DNA of 64,000 nt from Vicugna vicugna (taxonomy: Eukaryota), in NCBI GenBank assembly GCA_013265495.1, contig MU058038.1, forward strand, positions 28,514-92,513. Direction: 5' to 3'. This document shows positions 48,565 through 62,480 of this stretch, piece after piece; within the stretch, counting starts at the first letter, position 1; each line of letters starts with the position of its first letter. The position numbers and the translations under genes were made by a program. The notes beneath the pieces were generated by a model that saw nothing but the letters and a program-made list of their open reading frames with translations, made no database searches and was not told the DNA's origin.

Positions 48565-48870
48565 TTAAAAGAAATTTATTTCTCATAATTCTGGCGGCGG
48601 GGAAGTCCCAGATCAAGGTGCCTGCAGATCTGGTGTCTGGTGGAAGCCCAATTCCTGGTTCATACACGGCTACCTTCACCCTCTGTCCTCACGTGGGGAG
48701 CGGGTGAGAGAGCGACCTGAGGTCTCTTTTTTTTTAAGAGAATTCCACTCAAGAGGGCTCCACCCTCATGATCCCGCCACCTCCCAAAGTCCTCCACCTC
48801 CTAAAATCACCACTTTGGGGATTCGATTACACCATGTGACTTGGGGCGGGGAGGACACACAGTCTGCTGC
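48565..48870 (-). mobile_element. MaLR (MLT1-like) LTR fragment
   Basis: aaatttatttctca..ttctgg..gggaagtcc.agatcaaggtgcc.gcagat.tggtgtctggtg..atcaccactttggggatt. Confidence 0.7.
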
Positions 48871-49499
48871 ACCTTCTGATGCCCTTTCCAAAAGATAGTT
48901 ACCATTGGTTGTTTTCTGTCATCCAGAGACTTTTGTGCTTTTATAGGAAAATAGAGACATCCTTCCTTCTTTCTCTCTTTGTACACAAATGGTAGCATAA
49001 TATATACACCGTTACACCTCGCATTTTTCAAATAACACATCAAGAGGTAAAAATAAAGAGCCTCTACTTTTTAAAATTATGGCTGCGTGTGCCACTATTT
49101 ACTTAAGTAAAGCCTAATTATAGAATAATAATATTAATTTTCCAAGAGATAAGAGAAGCTTTGTCTTTAAAAAGTAAAAAATTACAGGGAGTGGGGCTTC
49201 TTCCACAGCAGACACAGGGTCGGTGTGACAAACCACGGGCCCAGAGTCTTCCTGTTAATTTAACTGAAACAATATTCTCTTAAATTATTTGTTAAATAAT
49301 CTGACAGTCACTGGCTTTTATTTTTCCATCATGCCCAAAAAAGAGAATACAGCTGACCTAATCCTAATCTGACTCACAGAGCTTACGAAGATCTATGTTG
49401 AGAAGTCAAATGTCATTTTTGGCATTATTTCCAAGGCAACAAGTTGCCTATTGACAACAGACTGCAATTTCATGTTTTTCTTTAAAGGTTATTTTCTAC

Positions 49500-50420
49500 T
49501 GGAGATGTAGAGACTTACTGCCTAAGCCCCACTCCCAAGCTTTTGACTTGCTGCCAGCTGCAGGGACCCGGCCAGCAGACAGGCCACAGTGACCACGTGT
49601 GGCAGGGCCAGGCCCCACCTCAGCTGCAGAGGGCAGCCCCGCCCAAGCGCCCAGCCCGGGGCAGCCCGCACGTGGTACCCAAGCAAGGCACGGATACACA
49701 GCACCTCAGCCAGCATGGGACTCTGACTCATTCCAGAGAACCCGACTTACTGTGTTGGCTAAGGTTTTGTTGGGTCTGCATTGCAATTCAACTGCGCAAT
49801 CCGGCTTCCTTCCCTTTCCAATCCCTTTCCCATCCCTTTCCCATTCTATTCCTTGATAGATGTTGATCCTTTATACAAATCCTGCACCCTAATCTCCATC
49901 TCAGCTCTGCTCCCTGAGAGCCCAATATGCAAATCTCAGACCAGTGAGTGGTCTGAGAAAGCAGGTAGTAGGATAAGGTTTTAGAGATGGAAAATTCACC
50001 CAGGCAGCGGGCAATGAGGCACAGAGAGCCCTTGGCACAAAGTGGCAGTTCAGTTGTTAAAACTGTCCCCAGTGGTAAGCTGGGAATTGTCCTGGTGGAA
50101 GGGAATGCACCAGCAATTGCCATGGACCAGGTATGTGAGGTCTCTGGAGGAAACAGTGGACGGGAGGATAATGGAATTCAGTGACTCCAGTAAAGCACCA
50201 CTGATGCTCTACAGAGAGACAATGAGCAGCTAAGGGAAACAAGCAATTGAAAACCAGAGAACTTCTTTGGCTGCCCGCATGGAAGGAGCTCTCATCTCCT
50301 GTGAAGTGGAATGCCAAGGAAAGCCAAGCACTAAGGCCAGGCCAAAGTCCAGGGGCGCAAACTTCAAAGAAAGCCTGAGGCCAAGGCCGATTTGGGAGAC
50401 CTGGGAACCTAACAAATGAG
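49500..50420 (+). mobile_element. Old ERVL-class LTR (LTR16-like) plus start of internal sequence
   Basis: Resemblance by eye only (ccccacctcagctg..; gtggtctgagaaagcagg start of internal part); boundaries approximate. Confidence 0.4.
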
Positions 50421-52789
50421 GCATCTTGGCAGATTCCCCCCAAATTTTGACCCCCAATGCTTCTAAACCTTTTGAGCCTGCAAAAGTGGTCCACTCTTCT
50501 CTAGTAAGAGCTAGCACTCCTCCCCCGGTGGATCCAGATGGCATGGGGTGGACGATGGGGACATGGAGGTGTGCCCAAACCCCCGTCAGGAAAGGGCTCG
50601 ATGGCCAGCGGCAGGGAGTGCGCTGCAGGCAGCCCCCGCTGTAGTTACCGCCTTGCCTTTCAGGGGGCTGCCCCGCCGCCCCTAAGGTCACACCCTTCCT
50701 GGAGCCCCCTGCACGTCCTGCAGGAATAAAGCAGGCTATTGTCTGAGCAGTGCTGCTCCAGAGCACCCCAGCGGGTCGGGCGAGGCTGTCAGGCGTTCAC
50801 CTCAGTCTGAGCTCCCCCTCCGCCCAGTCCCACGTCCTCACTCTTCCTTTCACGACGGTTCCTGCCTAGTAATTGTCTTGCACCCCAAGCCCTGTCTCAG
50901 CCTCTGCTTCCAGGAAGCCCAGCCTGAGCCTCTTGCATGCCAGTGCAACAGTCTGTAAAATCTCTGGAGTCTTACAAGGCTCGTTTGTTCAAAAAACACT
51001 TCTAGGGACACATTTATTTTAACAAACAAGTTGGTAACATTAAAAAATATGCAGCAGGCTCCGTTTTGCACAGGAGAATAAGCTTGGTATTCCTGTGAAT
51101 GTTCTTGGTTTAATACTTTATCAAATTGGATTTTGTGAGCTGGTCTATGATGCAAAGTGTCCTCTCTCCCTCCAGCTGTAAAGGAGAGGGACTATCTTCA
51201 TTTATTTCTCATTATACCTTTAGGAATTATGAAGGCTTCCATTTTAAGGTCAGGCTTTGGAATTTCACTAGTTAGAAGCAAAATACAAACCTGCTAATTT
51301 TATTTGCTGAAATCAAGGAATGCGTCAACAGGATTTTACTCAATACTGGTGAAACATGGATCATACAACCGTTTATTCTGGTGTCACTGCCACTCGCTCA
51401 TGTCATACATGTGGATTGCTTCGCTCACCAACACGGGTGTCCTGTAGGAGGATATGAACCCACAGGGATACATAACGATGTTCTGACGGGTACACTGGCG
51501 ATTTAGTTTAAGGGAGTCAGCTCCCAGCGCCCAGCTTCCATACACACTTTTTCGTTATGTTGCACTGACTACAAACATGCCTGCTCTGTTTGAAGCTGGT
51601 TCACCTTTTCTACCTCCTTTTCCCTACTTACCCGTCTCCCAATTTACAAAAGAAAGGCATATCTCTCACCTATCCCAAATCATGATACATTGCCCTGGGG
51701 ATAAAAAAAAAAATCTGAGTGTACCAAAGAGACAAAGGAACTGTAAACCAGAGGCAAGTTTTTGTGTCTTTATCTTTTACTTACGGGTGTTAGGGGCAAA
51801 GCCAGGTATTAGCAAGGGATACGTTGGCCCATGTTGGCCAATCCTAGTATATTGTAGAGAAGTAGGGCAAATTTTATGACAATTTGTATTTAACCACACC
51901 TTATCTCACCTAGAGCAACAAACTTATCCACAGCTCTGTACCTGAAATACACATCTGCAGCTTGGGCTGTATAAGAATAGGCCAGAGTATGTTAAGGATT
52001 GAACAACTTCAAAATCCCAGCACCTTAAATCAACAACGTTTTGTTATTCATTCATATTGGACTAGGGTCAACTGATGGGGCTGAAGGCGGCCAGCTGCTG
52101 TGCCAGAGTGAGAGATCGGGAGCATCTCAAACCAGGAATTAAATGCTCACGGAGAAATGACACACAGCACTCTACTTCAACTCATTGGTCAGAATAGTTG
52201 CATAGCTCCACCCAACCCCAGTGAGGATGTAAAATTCTAACGTAAACTAAGGCAAGAAGCTGGCAACACTGTGCATATAGCATAAATGTTATCACAGAGA
52301 GTATTTAACATATGTAAAAAGCATGCTGGGAAATATCCACTGACTTCAAAGAGCAGTCTTCCTGCATTTTCACCATCCTCAGTAAAAGGAAAGAGCTGAT
52401 CTCATTCACCCACGACTCAGACTGTTCCTCAGTTAAATATTCTGCATGATTTCAAAAAGGAGTGGAAAGTTCTTTCACTTCTAACAGATCAACATTACAT
52501 CTTCATGTAAAAGGAATGTATTGAAGGTAAGTTGGTGTTTTACAGTTTCTTGATCAATTTAGAAGAAATTGTTTCATTAACTTTTACCAAGAAAAAAAAG
52601 TACTAGATATTGTAAATTCATATTCATATTTTTACTTGGTTTCAAATCTGCTTGCTGTCGCTCATGAATCATTCCTATTCCTGAGTTGTGATAGTAGATT
52701 CTATTGTAAACAGCTATTTAACAACTGTCATTAATACACTTACTTATAGCTCCACACTTACCTGGTGGAATTTGGCTCCTGGATGGACA

Positions 52790-53500
52790 GACCAAGGTGG
52801 TAGCTCTCGAACCCGACTGGGCGGAGGCGTTGTGCTCCGAGCTATCTCGCAGAAGGCCGCTGGCGCCACCTTGTGGTCACCTGTGCACATTGCGACCCTA
52901 GTCACCGCCCCCGCCGGTGCGTGGGGTCACAGCATCGTGGAGGCCAGCAGCCGCACGCTTTCTGCAACTTCCCCCAAAAACCCTGTGAGAAGCATTTGCT
53001 TCCCCAGAGCTGGCAGCGGCAAGAAATTAGCTCTGGTCACGTAGGCGGCAGCGGCGACCGGCGGGTAGAGGAGAGCAAGGAGTCATGCGTGTCTGATTCA
53101 CCCCGGTACCCAAAAGAGCGCCCAACTCTAGGGCTGCTTCCCCTAAATCCCGACGTAATTGCTGGGGGTCGCCAAGTGAGAATCCGACTCCCGAGTGGGC
53201 CCCGCAGGCAGCTGCAGGAAGCAAGCATCTCGTGAAGCCAAAGCTTTGGGGTTGGTCGGCGGCCTCCCGGAACCGCGGAGCTTTTTACCAATTTGTAGGC
53301 CAGCGGGCGTGGAGGGAAGGGGAGCGGCTAGGAGCCAGATCCTGCCTGTGGACCGGGTGACGGCGCCACCCGCTGGCGGCCCAGTGCACCTGCAGCCTGG
53401 GCAGCTTTATGGCGCAGGGGCTGCTGGGAGGCGTGAAGCCGAAGGGACTTTGCCCAAGGCTGCGGCCTCCAGGGAGACCCGCACTGGGGGACCACCAAAG
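52790..53500. promoter_or_regulatory. Small CpG island with CTCF-like motifs
   Basis: Minus-strand TGACCACAAGGTGGCGCCA (52861-52879) and GCCAGCGGGTGGCGCCG (~53361-53377); weaker match at ~52901-52920. Confidence 0.55.
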
Positions 53501-53508
53501 GAAGCGGG

Positions 53509-53990
53509 TGTTACCGAAAAGTTCCTGTGCCCCACGCACCGTGAGGCGAAACAAACTGAGACGTTGGAGTTTGGAGCAGAGAAATGTTTATTGCAGGGCC
53601 AAGCAAGGCGGACAGGCGGCTTATGCTCCAAAAACCAGGAATCAGATGGTTTTGGAGAAAAGCATTTACAGGCAAAATTTGCAGCGATTGCTGCAGGGTG
53701 TGTGACCTCCGGATTGGTTGGTGGTGAGGTAACAGGGCGGAGTTCCAGGAATCTCGCTAAGCAGGCACTCTACCTCTGAGCTGTGCCCTCCCCCCCTGCT
53801 CTAGTTTCCTGACTGTTCCTCCCTGGTCTCTGCCTCCCCTCCCTTCCCTGATTAGCTACTGTTTAAAACTGCCCTTTGGAACTCAGGGAAGGTCAAGGAG
53901 GCTGGATGAAGCCTATTTCCTACATCAGAGAAACAGGGGACAAGGAAAGAATCTGCACTAGGAAGGAGTCCACAGGGTCCTGATGTTTCA
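53509..53990 (-). mobile_element. Solo ERV LTR
   Basis: TG..CA ends, minus-strand AATAAA (tttatt ~53587) and CCAAT; no clean TSD found. Confidence 0.6.
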
Positions 53991-54111
53991 ACCGGCACTA
54001 GCTGTCCCCACGAGAGTCAAGAAAAAGGCAGCAGGAGGCAGCAGCAGAGAGGGAGCAGGTGGAGACTGCCAGACGGCCCTCTACTCAAGCAGATGACTTC
54101 CCTGCTGGTTC

Positions 54112-55470
54112 TGATACAAGAAAAATGGGGCACAAGGATGGTCTTGTCCCAGGTCTCAGGCGAGTCCCTGGGACGAGCCCTGCCAAGTGAAGGTCCTTGG
54201 CTTCATGCAGGAAAGAATCCAAGAGCAAGCCACAGCTGAGTAAAAGTAGATTTATTCAGAGAGATACGTACTCCATAGAGTGCAGGCTGTCTCAGAAGGC
54301 CAGGGAGGCCACGAGGTGTGTGTGCGTGCGTGCGTGTGTGTTTGGGGGGTGAGGGGTGGGGGGTATTTAGTTTAAAGTAAAAGTAGATAAACAGAGTGCA
54401 GGCCATCTCCAAAGGTGAGAGAGCAAGAGGCCTAGGAGATGCATGTTCCATAGGCAGCGTGGACAAAAAATACTGCCAGCCGTATCAGCAAAGGGTGCTA
54501 TGGCCATCAAGTCACCAGCCGCTCCTGCCTCCCTCCACAGTGATCGGAGGGAACTCAAGATGCAGACAAGCAGGCAGCTGGGCCTCTGCTGCCACCCACA
54601 ACGGTGCCCCTGGGGGAACTTAGGATGTGGAAGAACAGGACACTGGCCCTAGATAGCTAGGTGGTTGTCAAAGGAATGATTTCAACAAGCCCAGACTTTT
54701 GCACCTTCCCAAACATAGAAAAAGCACTAAATTCCTTAACTTGAGATGTCTGGGTTTCTTTAATTAACAGTAATCTTTTGATATTCTGAGTACCTGGTCT
54801 TGGCTGCAAAAACTCCCATATATCCTGGCTCCTCTCTTCCCTAGGTGGAAGAGTCTCTTAAAGTGATCTGAGAGGCTGCCTCCTGGGTTCGAGTCCTCAG
54901 AAAGTCCGCTGAATGAAACATAACTCTCAGCTTACAGGTTGTGCGTTTTATTTCAGGTGACAGCAGGATGCAGGCCATCTAGAGAGGCGAGCGGCCTCAG
55001 AGCATGGGGTCCTCTAGGAAAACGAGATTGGCACCAAGGTGTGGGGGTGGTTAAAGCAAAAGTCGATGCACGCTCCATAGACTGCAGGCCGGCTCAGAAA
55101 GCATGAGAGTGACCACGAGGTGCAGGCTTGATAGTTGTCATTGGCTCAGTGATTTCATATGCTAACAAGTGGGAGGATTATTCCAACTACCCCTTTGGGG
55201 AAGGGGCTGGGATTCCCAGGAATTGAGCCATCACCCACTTGTTGACCTTTTATGATCAGCCTTGGAAACTTTATGGCACCTGCAGGAGTGTCATTTAGCA
55301 TGCTAATATATTATAATGAGCATATAATGAAGCTCAGGGTCTACTGGAAGTCAAATTTTCTGCCATCTTGGGCCTCAAGGTCTACTGGGGGTTGAATCTC
55401 CCGTCACCTTGGTGGTAGCTGCTGTGTCATTCTTTTAATGGTTGTGCCCTACCCCTTCCCTCTTGTCTCA
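54112..55470 (-). mobile_element. Solo ERV1-type LTR (host of a nested LTR)
   Basis: Termini TGATACAAGA...TCTTGTCTCA, 4-bp TSD GTTC (54108-54111, 55471-55474), tttatt at ~54251. Confidence 0.8.
54458..54962 (+). mobile_element. Solo LTR nested in another LTR
   Basis: 4-bp TSD GCAG (54454-54457, 54963-54966); removing it restores the host repeat unit ..tccatag..tgcaggcc.. Confidence 0.75.
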
Positions 55471-56844
55471 GTTCCACCACCATCATAGCCAGGAAGGAAT
55501 CCCCGGCTGGTAGAACCAGCAGGCCAGTGGGCAGGAAGCCTCCTGGCTCCTCAAGGGATGTTCTGAAATTCACTTAGGAACTGTGGAGCTCCACCCTTAA
55601 GGGTCCAAGGCCTATCCTATCCTGGAGAACAAGGCCCCAGAGCTGGTAGTAAAGGATGTTAACAAGGAGTAGCCAGTAAGGTTAAAGAAATAACAGGAAA
55701 GAAAGCATCTCAAGAAAGAGTGATCGATTATGTCAGATCCTCCTGAGAAGACTATTAGATTTGGAGTAGGATTGCATTAAATCCGTGGATCTTTTGGGGG
55801 CGTGGGTGGTGGTGGTGGTGCTGATTCTGACATCATTACAATGTTGACTTCTCTAATTCATGAACACGCTGTCACTCTCAACAACGTCACACTTTTCTCT
55901 CTAGAAGTCTTATTCATCTTTTTAGATTTATTCCTAGGTCCTTCATTTTTGTGAGTTATTGTAAATGGTATTAGAATCTTAAGTGATTACCACCAATGTC
56001 ATAGTTACAACTGTATAAAAACTAAAAGACCCTAAGCGAGCTGTACATTAAGGTTGGCAATGGAAAGCAGGATGTCAAAAAGAAAACACAAGTAAGTTGA
56101 AAATCTGGGCTTCCACAAGTTCTTTTAGGTATAGACACCTTTGTTAGTGCACACTGGCAGTGAAATTGGAGCCAAAGAATTGTTTGCTGTCCTTTATTCC
56201 TCATATCTTTGTATGTTTCTAAGTATGGAGTCAAACCCCCCCAGAGGGTAAGAAGTTCATCTTTCTGCCTTGGCCTTTCATCTCCATATCACACTAAGCA
56301 CATGTTATTCCTTAACCCTTTGACTTAGGATGGAAGAGAATAAATTGAGAAGCATGTGGTAAAGGGAGAGAGTCCCGAACATGGTATGTGAGTTCATGGA
56401 GACAGAAACTCTCCAAGAAAGGCTAGGATAATTGGTTTACACATTTTGGAGAAGTTCCCCACACATGTGTTCTCTGAAAAGATACTTTCATTTTGAGGAA
56501 GAAATGGCATGCTCTCCAGTGAAACAGCAATCATCTGGAGTCTGGCTGTGACTTTGAGGACAACCAACCTTTCTGGATTAGCATATGCAAATCATTTATA
56601 GTGGGAAATACTAAAGTTCCAATGATTATAAGAGTGAAACAACTGACTATTCTTCCTGGCAGGAGGAAATTATTCTACATACACGGATTTACAGGCCTGA
56701 GTCTTTTAGACTGAGTTGGCGGATAGAAATACAACCATATACAAGTGCCCCACAGCAGCACAGAGATGTCCGAGTAAACGCATTTGACCCTTCCTGGTGG
56801 TGCAGAAGGGTGATGTGTTCTCAAAGTCTTCCGAGTAAGACACT

Positions 56845-57065
56845 GTATAGTGTGTTAGGAAAGGGTGCAGGCTCTTAAGACAGATCGTCTCCCAGCCCTG
56901 CTCTTTGTCAGCACTGCCACTAGGGCAAGGTTTTTGAACTTTCTATGCTTCAGTTTTCTCAGCTTTAGATTGAGAGTAATAGTAATGCTTACTTCATAAT
57001 GGTTTTTTGAAAGGTAAATGAGTAAATACATATAAAATTCTTAGATTATTGCTTGACACTTAATG
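56845..57065 (+). mobile_element. MIR SINE
   Basis: gggcaagg..tgaactttctatgcttcagttttctca..taatagta..acttcata..ggtt..aaatgagtaaataca, MIR core-like. Confidence 0.6.
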
Positions 57066-57261
57066 TTAGTTGATGTTGGAAGTAGGGAACGCCTGTTGAG
57101 GGCTATGGAACTTTTTCATCTCTAACGTACCGTGGAAATACCTACTAATTCAATATAGTTTACTGAACATATGTTGCATTTTTCCGATCTTCCACCCCAA
57201 ATTCCTAGAAGTGATAGAAAATTGACCAAAAAAAATGGCTGATGGAATAAGGGTGAAGAGT

Positions 57262-57416
57262 GTAAGAACAGGGAACTATGTTCAGTGTCTTGTATAACCT
57301 ATAATGAAAAAGAACATGAAAACGAATATAGGTATGCGTATGTGTGACTGAACTGGTATGCTGAACACCAGAAATTGACACATTGTGAACTGACTATACT
57401 TCAATAAAAAAAAAAG
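57262..57416 (+). mobile_element. Short L1 3'-end fragment with poly(A)
   Basis: cagggaactatgttcagtgtcttgtataacctataatgaaaaagaa..actgactatacttcaataaaaaaaa. Confidence 0.75.
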
Positions 57417-57704
57417 TACAAGAATAAACATCTTGGAAATTTTAAATTTGGTTACTAATGCAAAAATTCAACAGTAGGACTAAGTCCAGAATAGAATCAG
57501 TATAGCTGGAAAAAATGTGGGAGCTGAAAGATGAAGCCCAGAGATTCCCCCACAATGTCAAATAAAAGATGCAAAGATAGAAAATATGAAAAAAGTTATA
57601 TGACATGGATGATAGATTCAGATGTTCCAAAATTCACCCACTAGGAGTTTGAGGAGAGAATAGAAATAATGTAAAAAATAAAATATAGGTCTACCAAATA
57701 AAGC

Positions 57705-57818
57705 TCACTGCTTGTGCACCGCACAGCCTCAGGAGCACCGTTTCAATTATAATCTTTGTGAATAGTGTCCCCCTGCAGATGTGCAGTGCACAGCCCAGTT
57801 GTCATACGTGGGGCTCCT
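57705..57818. mobile_element. MER91-like DNA transposon remnant
   Basis: Imperfect inverted arms ttgtgcac.gcaca..gcacc / gtgaat.gtg.ccc.tg.ag..gtgcagtgcaca. Confidence 0.5.
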
Positions 57819-58384
57819 GAGCGAATGAAAGGAGACTATTTCACAGAATATATATCTGCAGACAGCAAGGTCTCATTAAATGCGGCTCATATAGAGATGA
57901 ATTAAAAGTACCTTTACCTAGAGACATGGTGATAAAATTCCAAAACACAAGAGTTAAGGAGAAAATTCTAAAAACACTCAGAAAATTCTTACAAAGATAT
58001 AGGAGTCAAATTTATGTCAGACTTCTCATTTGGACAACATTGGATAGAAGACAATGAATCCATATTCTTTTAAATCTAGGGAAAATAATTTTGAAGATAG
58101 CTCTGGGGCAAAGCTGTGTATTGTATGTTACCTGTCCCACGTGAATGTAAACTGTTCGCGATTCAGATAGAAATGAGTGTACCCACCAAATCATCAGTCA
58201 CATACCACATACCTAAGGCCGTGTTAGCTTGCTCTAATAAAGCTCCCGTGTCTGGCATGGCAGCTTACAACTGTGGCCACTAATGAGCTGAGCTTGCAGT
58301 CACCTCCAGGGTCCACCTAAATTCAAGGGCCAGGCTGTTTAATAAAATGCAGGCATTACGGGGGCCACTTCCCTCCTTTAGACT

Positions 58385-58578
58385 TGCACTGTCTAGCATG
58401 GTAACCTCTAGTTACATGTGGTGATTTAAATTCAAATTAATTAAAGTTAAAAATTCAGCTCTTGTCACACTAGCTGTATTTAAAGTGCTCAGTAACCACA
58501 TGTGGCTTGTGGCTGCTGTACTGACAGCACAGATACAGAACATTTCCATCATTGTGCAAACTTCGATTGGACAGTGTG
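58385..58578. mobile_element. MER3-like hAT-Charlie element
   Basis: gcactgtc..atggta.cc.ctag..acatgtgg..atttaaatt..aagtgctcagta.ccacatgtggct.gtggct..cagaacatttccatcatt..ttggacagtg. Confidence 0.75.
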
Positions 58579-61060
58579 GATCTTTAACGGATGTGATTAC
58601 TCTCTGCCAACAACCCTAGTATACAGTATTGATTTAGATTTGCTATCTTGGTTGGGATTGATAGGAAGAGTCCCCGACAAAGATGCTTAGATAAGCAAAG
58701 TACCTCTTACTCCATGTTCCCAGTGCAGCAGGGAGAGGAGTGAAGCAGCCCAGGAAAGCAAGCACGTGCTCCCTGGCGGGGAGTGATCCTGTGGTGGATA
58801 CGGGTACAAGTTCATCAGTCTGCCCTTCTTCTGCTTGTTACTCTACCTGTTAGGAGTCTTGAGTGAGGAGACATGCCGAATGCGGTAAATTTGCCTTTTA
58901 GATCAATTTTAGGAAGGGCACTAGTTTAAAAATGAGATATTTGTCTAAAAGTCATGACAGAAGATTAAACTGTCATTTTTATAGGTTTCTATGCATATCA
59001 TAGTCCATTCACCAGTCCTTGAAAAGATGGAAAAAAAGACAATCTCAATGACATTTGACCTGACCCAGGCCACGCCCATTTCTACAGCTGCAGCACTCCC
59101 TGGATCTGATATTTAAGGCTCCTTATCTTAGTATCACACACTTCTGGAATGCACCCTCCCCCCAATCCAACCACTTCCTTGTTTGCAACACTGGAAAAGC
59201 AGTACTTCAAACTAGGCTGAAAAAGCTCTACTCTAATCTCATTGTTTTGGTCACAAATATAACATTCACTGGCTCAAGGGAAGCTGTCAAGTGCAGTACT
59301 TTATCTGCTCCTCTCAGGATTTTTGAATATCTAACAGTTATTGTAACTGGGCCAATAATTATTAAGAGCAATTAAAAGCATTCCAGGTTAAAGGAGCAAG
59401 AAAAAAATTAGGAAAAACCGGAGGGAAAAAAAATCCTCACACCAGTTTTCTAGCGTCCTATGCTCTGGGGAATCATCAACAAACTTTGAGAGCTATTTTG
59501 TATCAGGCACTGGGATAGCCTTTGTGAAAGATCTCAAGTAGTATAAAAAGCTGGACCCTACCCTCTAGAAGACAAACAAAAGAAAACGTAAAGCCAATGA
59601 AAATGAAATTTAGGAACAAGGCTACAGAATTCACAAAGCTACACTATTAACTGTAAATTCATTGTGCAGAGAATAGAGCCTTAAGAGTTAAAATGAAAAA
59701 GACTCCCCCATGAACAAAGATAGGATGGGAAGGCTTCACAGGGTGAGATCTGAGCAAGAGTTTAAAGAACTGGCAGGATGATAGGCTCTGAGGAGCCTAG
59801 AGAATGACAAACTGTACAGTGCAGAAGACTGACACAACCAAAGCACAAAGGAAGAGAAATCCTTTAAGATGCATTAAAGGCCGCTTTAGCTAGCTAGAGG
59901 TCTGGGGGAAATGAGTAATTGAAGAAGGTACATTTTGTCCAGTTGGTAGAAGGCTTTTAGTTTCAGGATAAGGAGTTGAGGCTTAATCCTTTAGTGAGTG
60001 GATAAATGGGACAACTGACAATGCTTTAATAAATCTGAAAGATGGTGAGAAACATGGTCCCTAGTCCTCAGGGAGAAGAGTCCCTGGCCTTTAGGATCCC
60101 AGCTAAGGGGAACAATAGACTGTCTGACAGTTTGACTGGCTACAGGACACACCACCCTGGCCTTCTCATTCTTAGGGTGATTTTTTTTTTTCCCTATCCT
60201 AAACTGTACTGTATAATGGTTTATCTTCTTTCACCTGGAAATTTTAGGTTCTCAGCTGAGTCATCTCTGGTAGCCTCCAGGGAAAGATGACTCACAGAGA
60301 ATCTCAATTTCCCAGTGAAAAAAAGAAATCAGATACAGCCCACTTTATACAACTTTTAATTGGATGTTAATTTGAACTCCTACATTATAAATTATTAAAA
60401 TTCATTTTAAGCACAAAATCATGTAAATTCCACCATATTTACAAAGAATGGCTTAATTTCCAAGTTTGACTGTCAAGTGAATTAGAAACTAAGATTTTCC
60501 TTTTGCCTCAAGAGTATATTTTATTTGGTAAAAATATCCAGCCTTTTGTGAACTTGATACTGCTCTAAAAAGTCTATTAAAAAAATAAGTCCAGCCTTTG
60601 TCAGGATTAGTCTTGAGGTATGCAAGCTTTGAACTAAGGCTTCAGAAATTTATACATGTTAACTGTGCTCTTTTGTACATATGACCCCCAAATCTATTTT
60701 TTAAAAATACACCTGAAAACACTAAAACCCACTTCCCCTAGATACGACCTTATCAGAAAGCTTTAGGAGAGGCAACTGAAGTATGTTTCGCAAGCACGGA
60801 GTGATTCTCACAACCAGGAAAGTTTGTTACAGAACCAAGACAAGGTCCTTGCCCTGGAGGAGGTAATTTTCCTGTGGAATTTAAATAATCACAGTAAATT
60901 ATGAACTGCTCAGCTTCACCAAGGGCAACAACACTGGCTGGGTAGGGACTGGGGAAAGGTTTGACCTAAATAAAGATTAAATCCTGAAGGGCCAAAAAAA
61001 CCCCAAAAACAAACAAAAAAACCCCCCCAAAAACCCTGAAGGTAAGGGAAGTCTTTGGGC

Positions 61061-61265
61061 CCTGGGTCTTTCAACCTTGGCGCCACAGCTGACGTTATGG
61101 ACCAGATAATTCTTGGCTGTGAGGACTGTCCTATGCAGCCTCTGTGGCCTCTACCCACCAGGTACCCAGTAGTGCTCCTCCTCCCACATGACAATTAAAA
61201 TTGTCTCCAGATATTGCCAAATGTCCCACAGAGTTGAGGGGTAAAATATAGTTGAGGATTGCTGG
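61061..61265. mobile_element. MER20-like hAT element
   Basis: tcaaccttggc..tgac..tggaccagataattctt..ggactgtcct.tgca..ctctaccca..tgtctccagatattgccaaatgtccc..gttgag. Confidence 0.75.
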
Positions 61266-61846
61266 ACTGGAAAGAAGTTAGGGGAGGCTAAGTTGAGACT
61301 TACAGACAAGCCAACATACATCACCTGGCTACACTGAGAAAAGTTTGTGACAGACACGTAGAGGTATATGTTAAGAATATATGTAGACTTTAATAAATGG
61401 CAGGGACTAGGGAACTAAGAGCTCTGTGCTCTAGAATAAAGTAAATCCTGGTTTGTTTACTACCTTAATAGTAATAAAAACCTAAGACTCTGGAAACATT
61501 TAAGGACAAACAGATGAAATAGTAGGACAGGCTAGTCATCCTCCCCCACATCAAAAAACAAAAAACCAAACTTCTGCAAAAGGGGGTCACTTTCCCTGCT
61601 ATCTGTACCTAGGCTCCCACTGAGGGCTCAGACTAGGTAGGAACCACATTGAGAACTAGTTACTCATTTATACCAGCAAGAGTCGCACTGCTAGGCGACA
61701 CTACCAGACTGTAGGAAGATCCAAATTTTAACAGCCACCGCAATATTTATCACGGCCCCAAACGAAAACCAAATTCAAATCCACTTACAACCATAGGCCC
61801 ACCCCACCTAATGAAAAGCTAAACCAACCTTCTACCAAGTGTTTAC

Positions 61847-61887
61847 AGCCACTTTCTCTGATAACTTAAGTGGCTCTGAAAAGAGCC
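61847..61887 (-). terminator. Histone 3' stem-loop and HDE of H2B
   Basis: GGCTCTTTTCAGAGCC (61887-61872) followed by purine-rich AGAGAAAGTGGCTGT. Confidence 0.93.
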
Positions 61888-61929
61888 TTTGGGGTTAAGT
61901 AAATATTCTATTTCGTCCCTTGCGTGCTC

Positions 61930-62334
<405 letters not shown>

Positions 62335-62380
62335 CTAGCAGAAGCAATCCCGACTGCGGCAAACGGCTTGGTTACGCGCT

Positions 62381-62480
62381 ACTTATAGAGCCTGCATGCA
62401 AATGAAGACTAGCACAGTGCTGCGTTTTTATTGGTTAAAGTCCAATAGTGTCGTCATAGGGGTGGAGTCCATGCAAATAA
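62381..62480 (-). promoter_or_regulatory. H2B promoter: TATA, two octamers, CCAAT
   Basis: CTATAAGT (62388-62381), ATTTGCAT at 62403-62396 and 62478-62471, CCAAT at ~62430 and ~62442. Confidence 0.85.

Noticed and set aside
53195..53779. 194-aa ORF
   Set aside because: Runs from a CpG patch into an LTR; GTG start and no recognisable protein family.
56020..56830. Unique-looking stretch that might be a processed pseudogene
   Set aside because: No sustained ORF, poly(A)/TSD or recognisable peptide.
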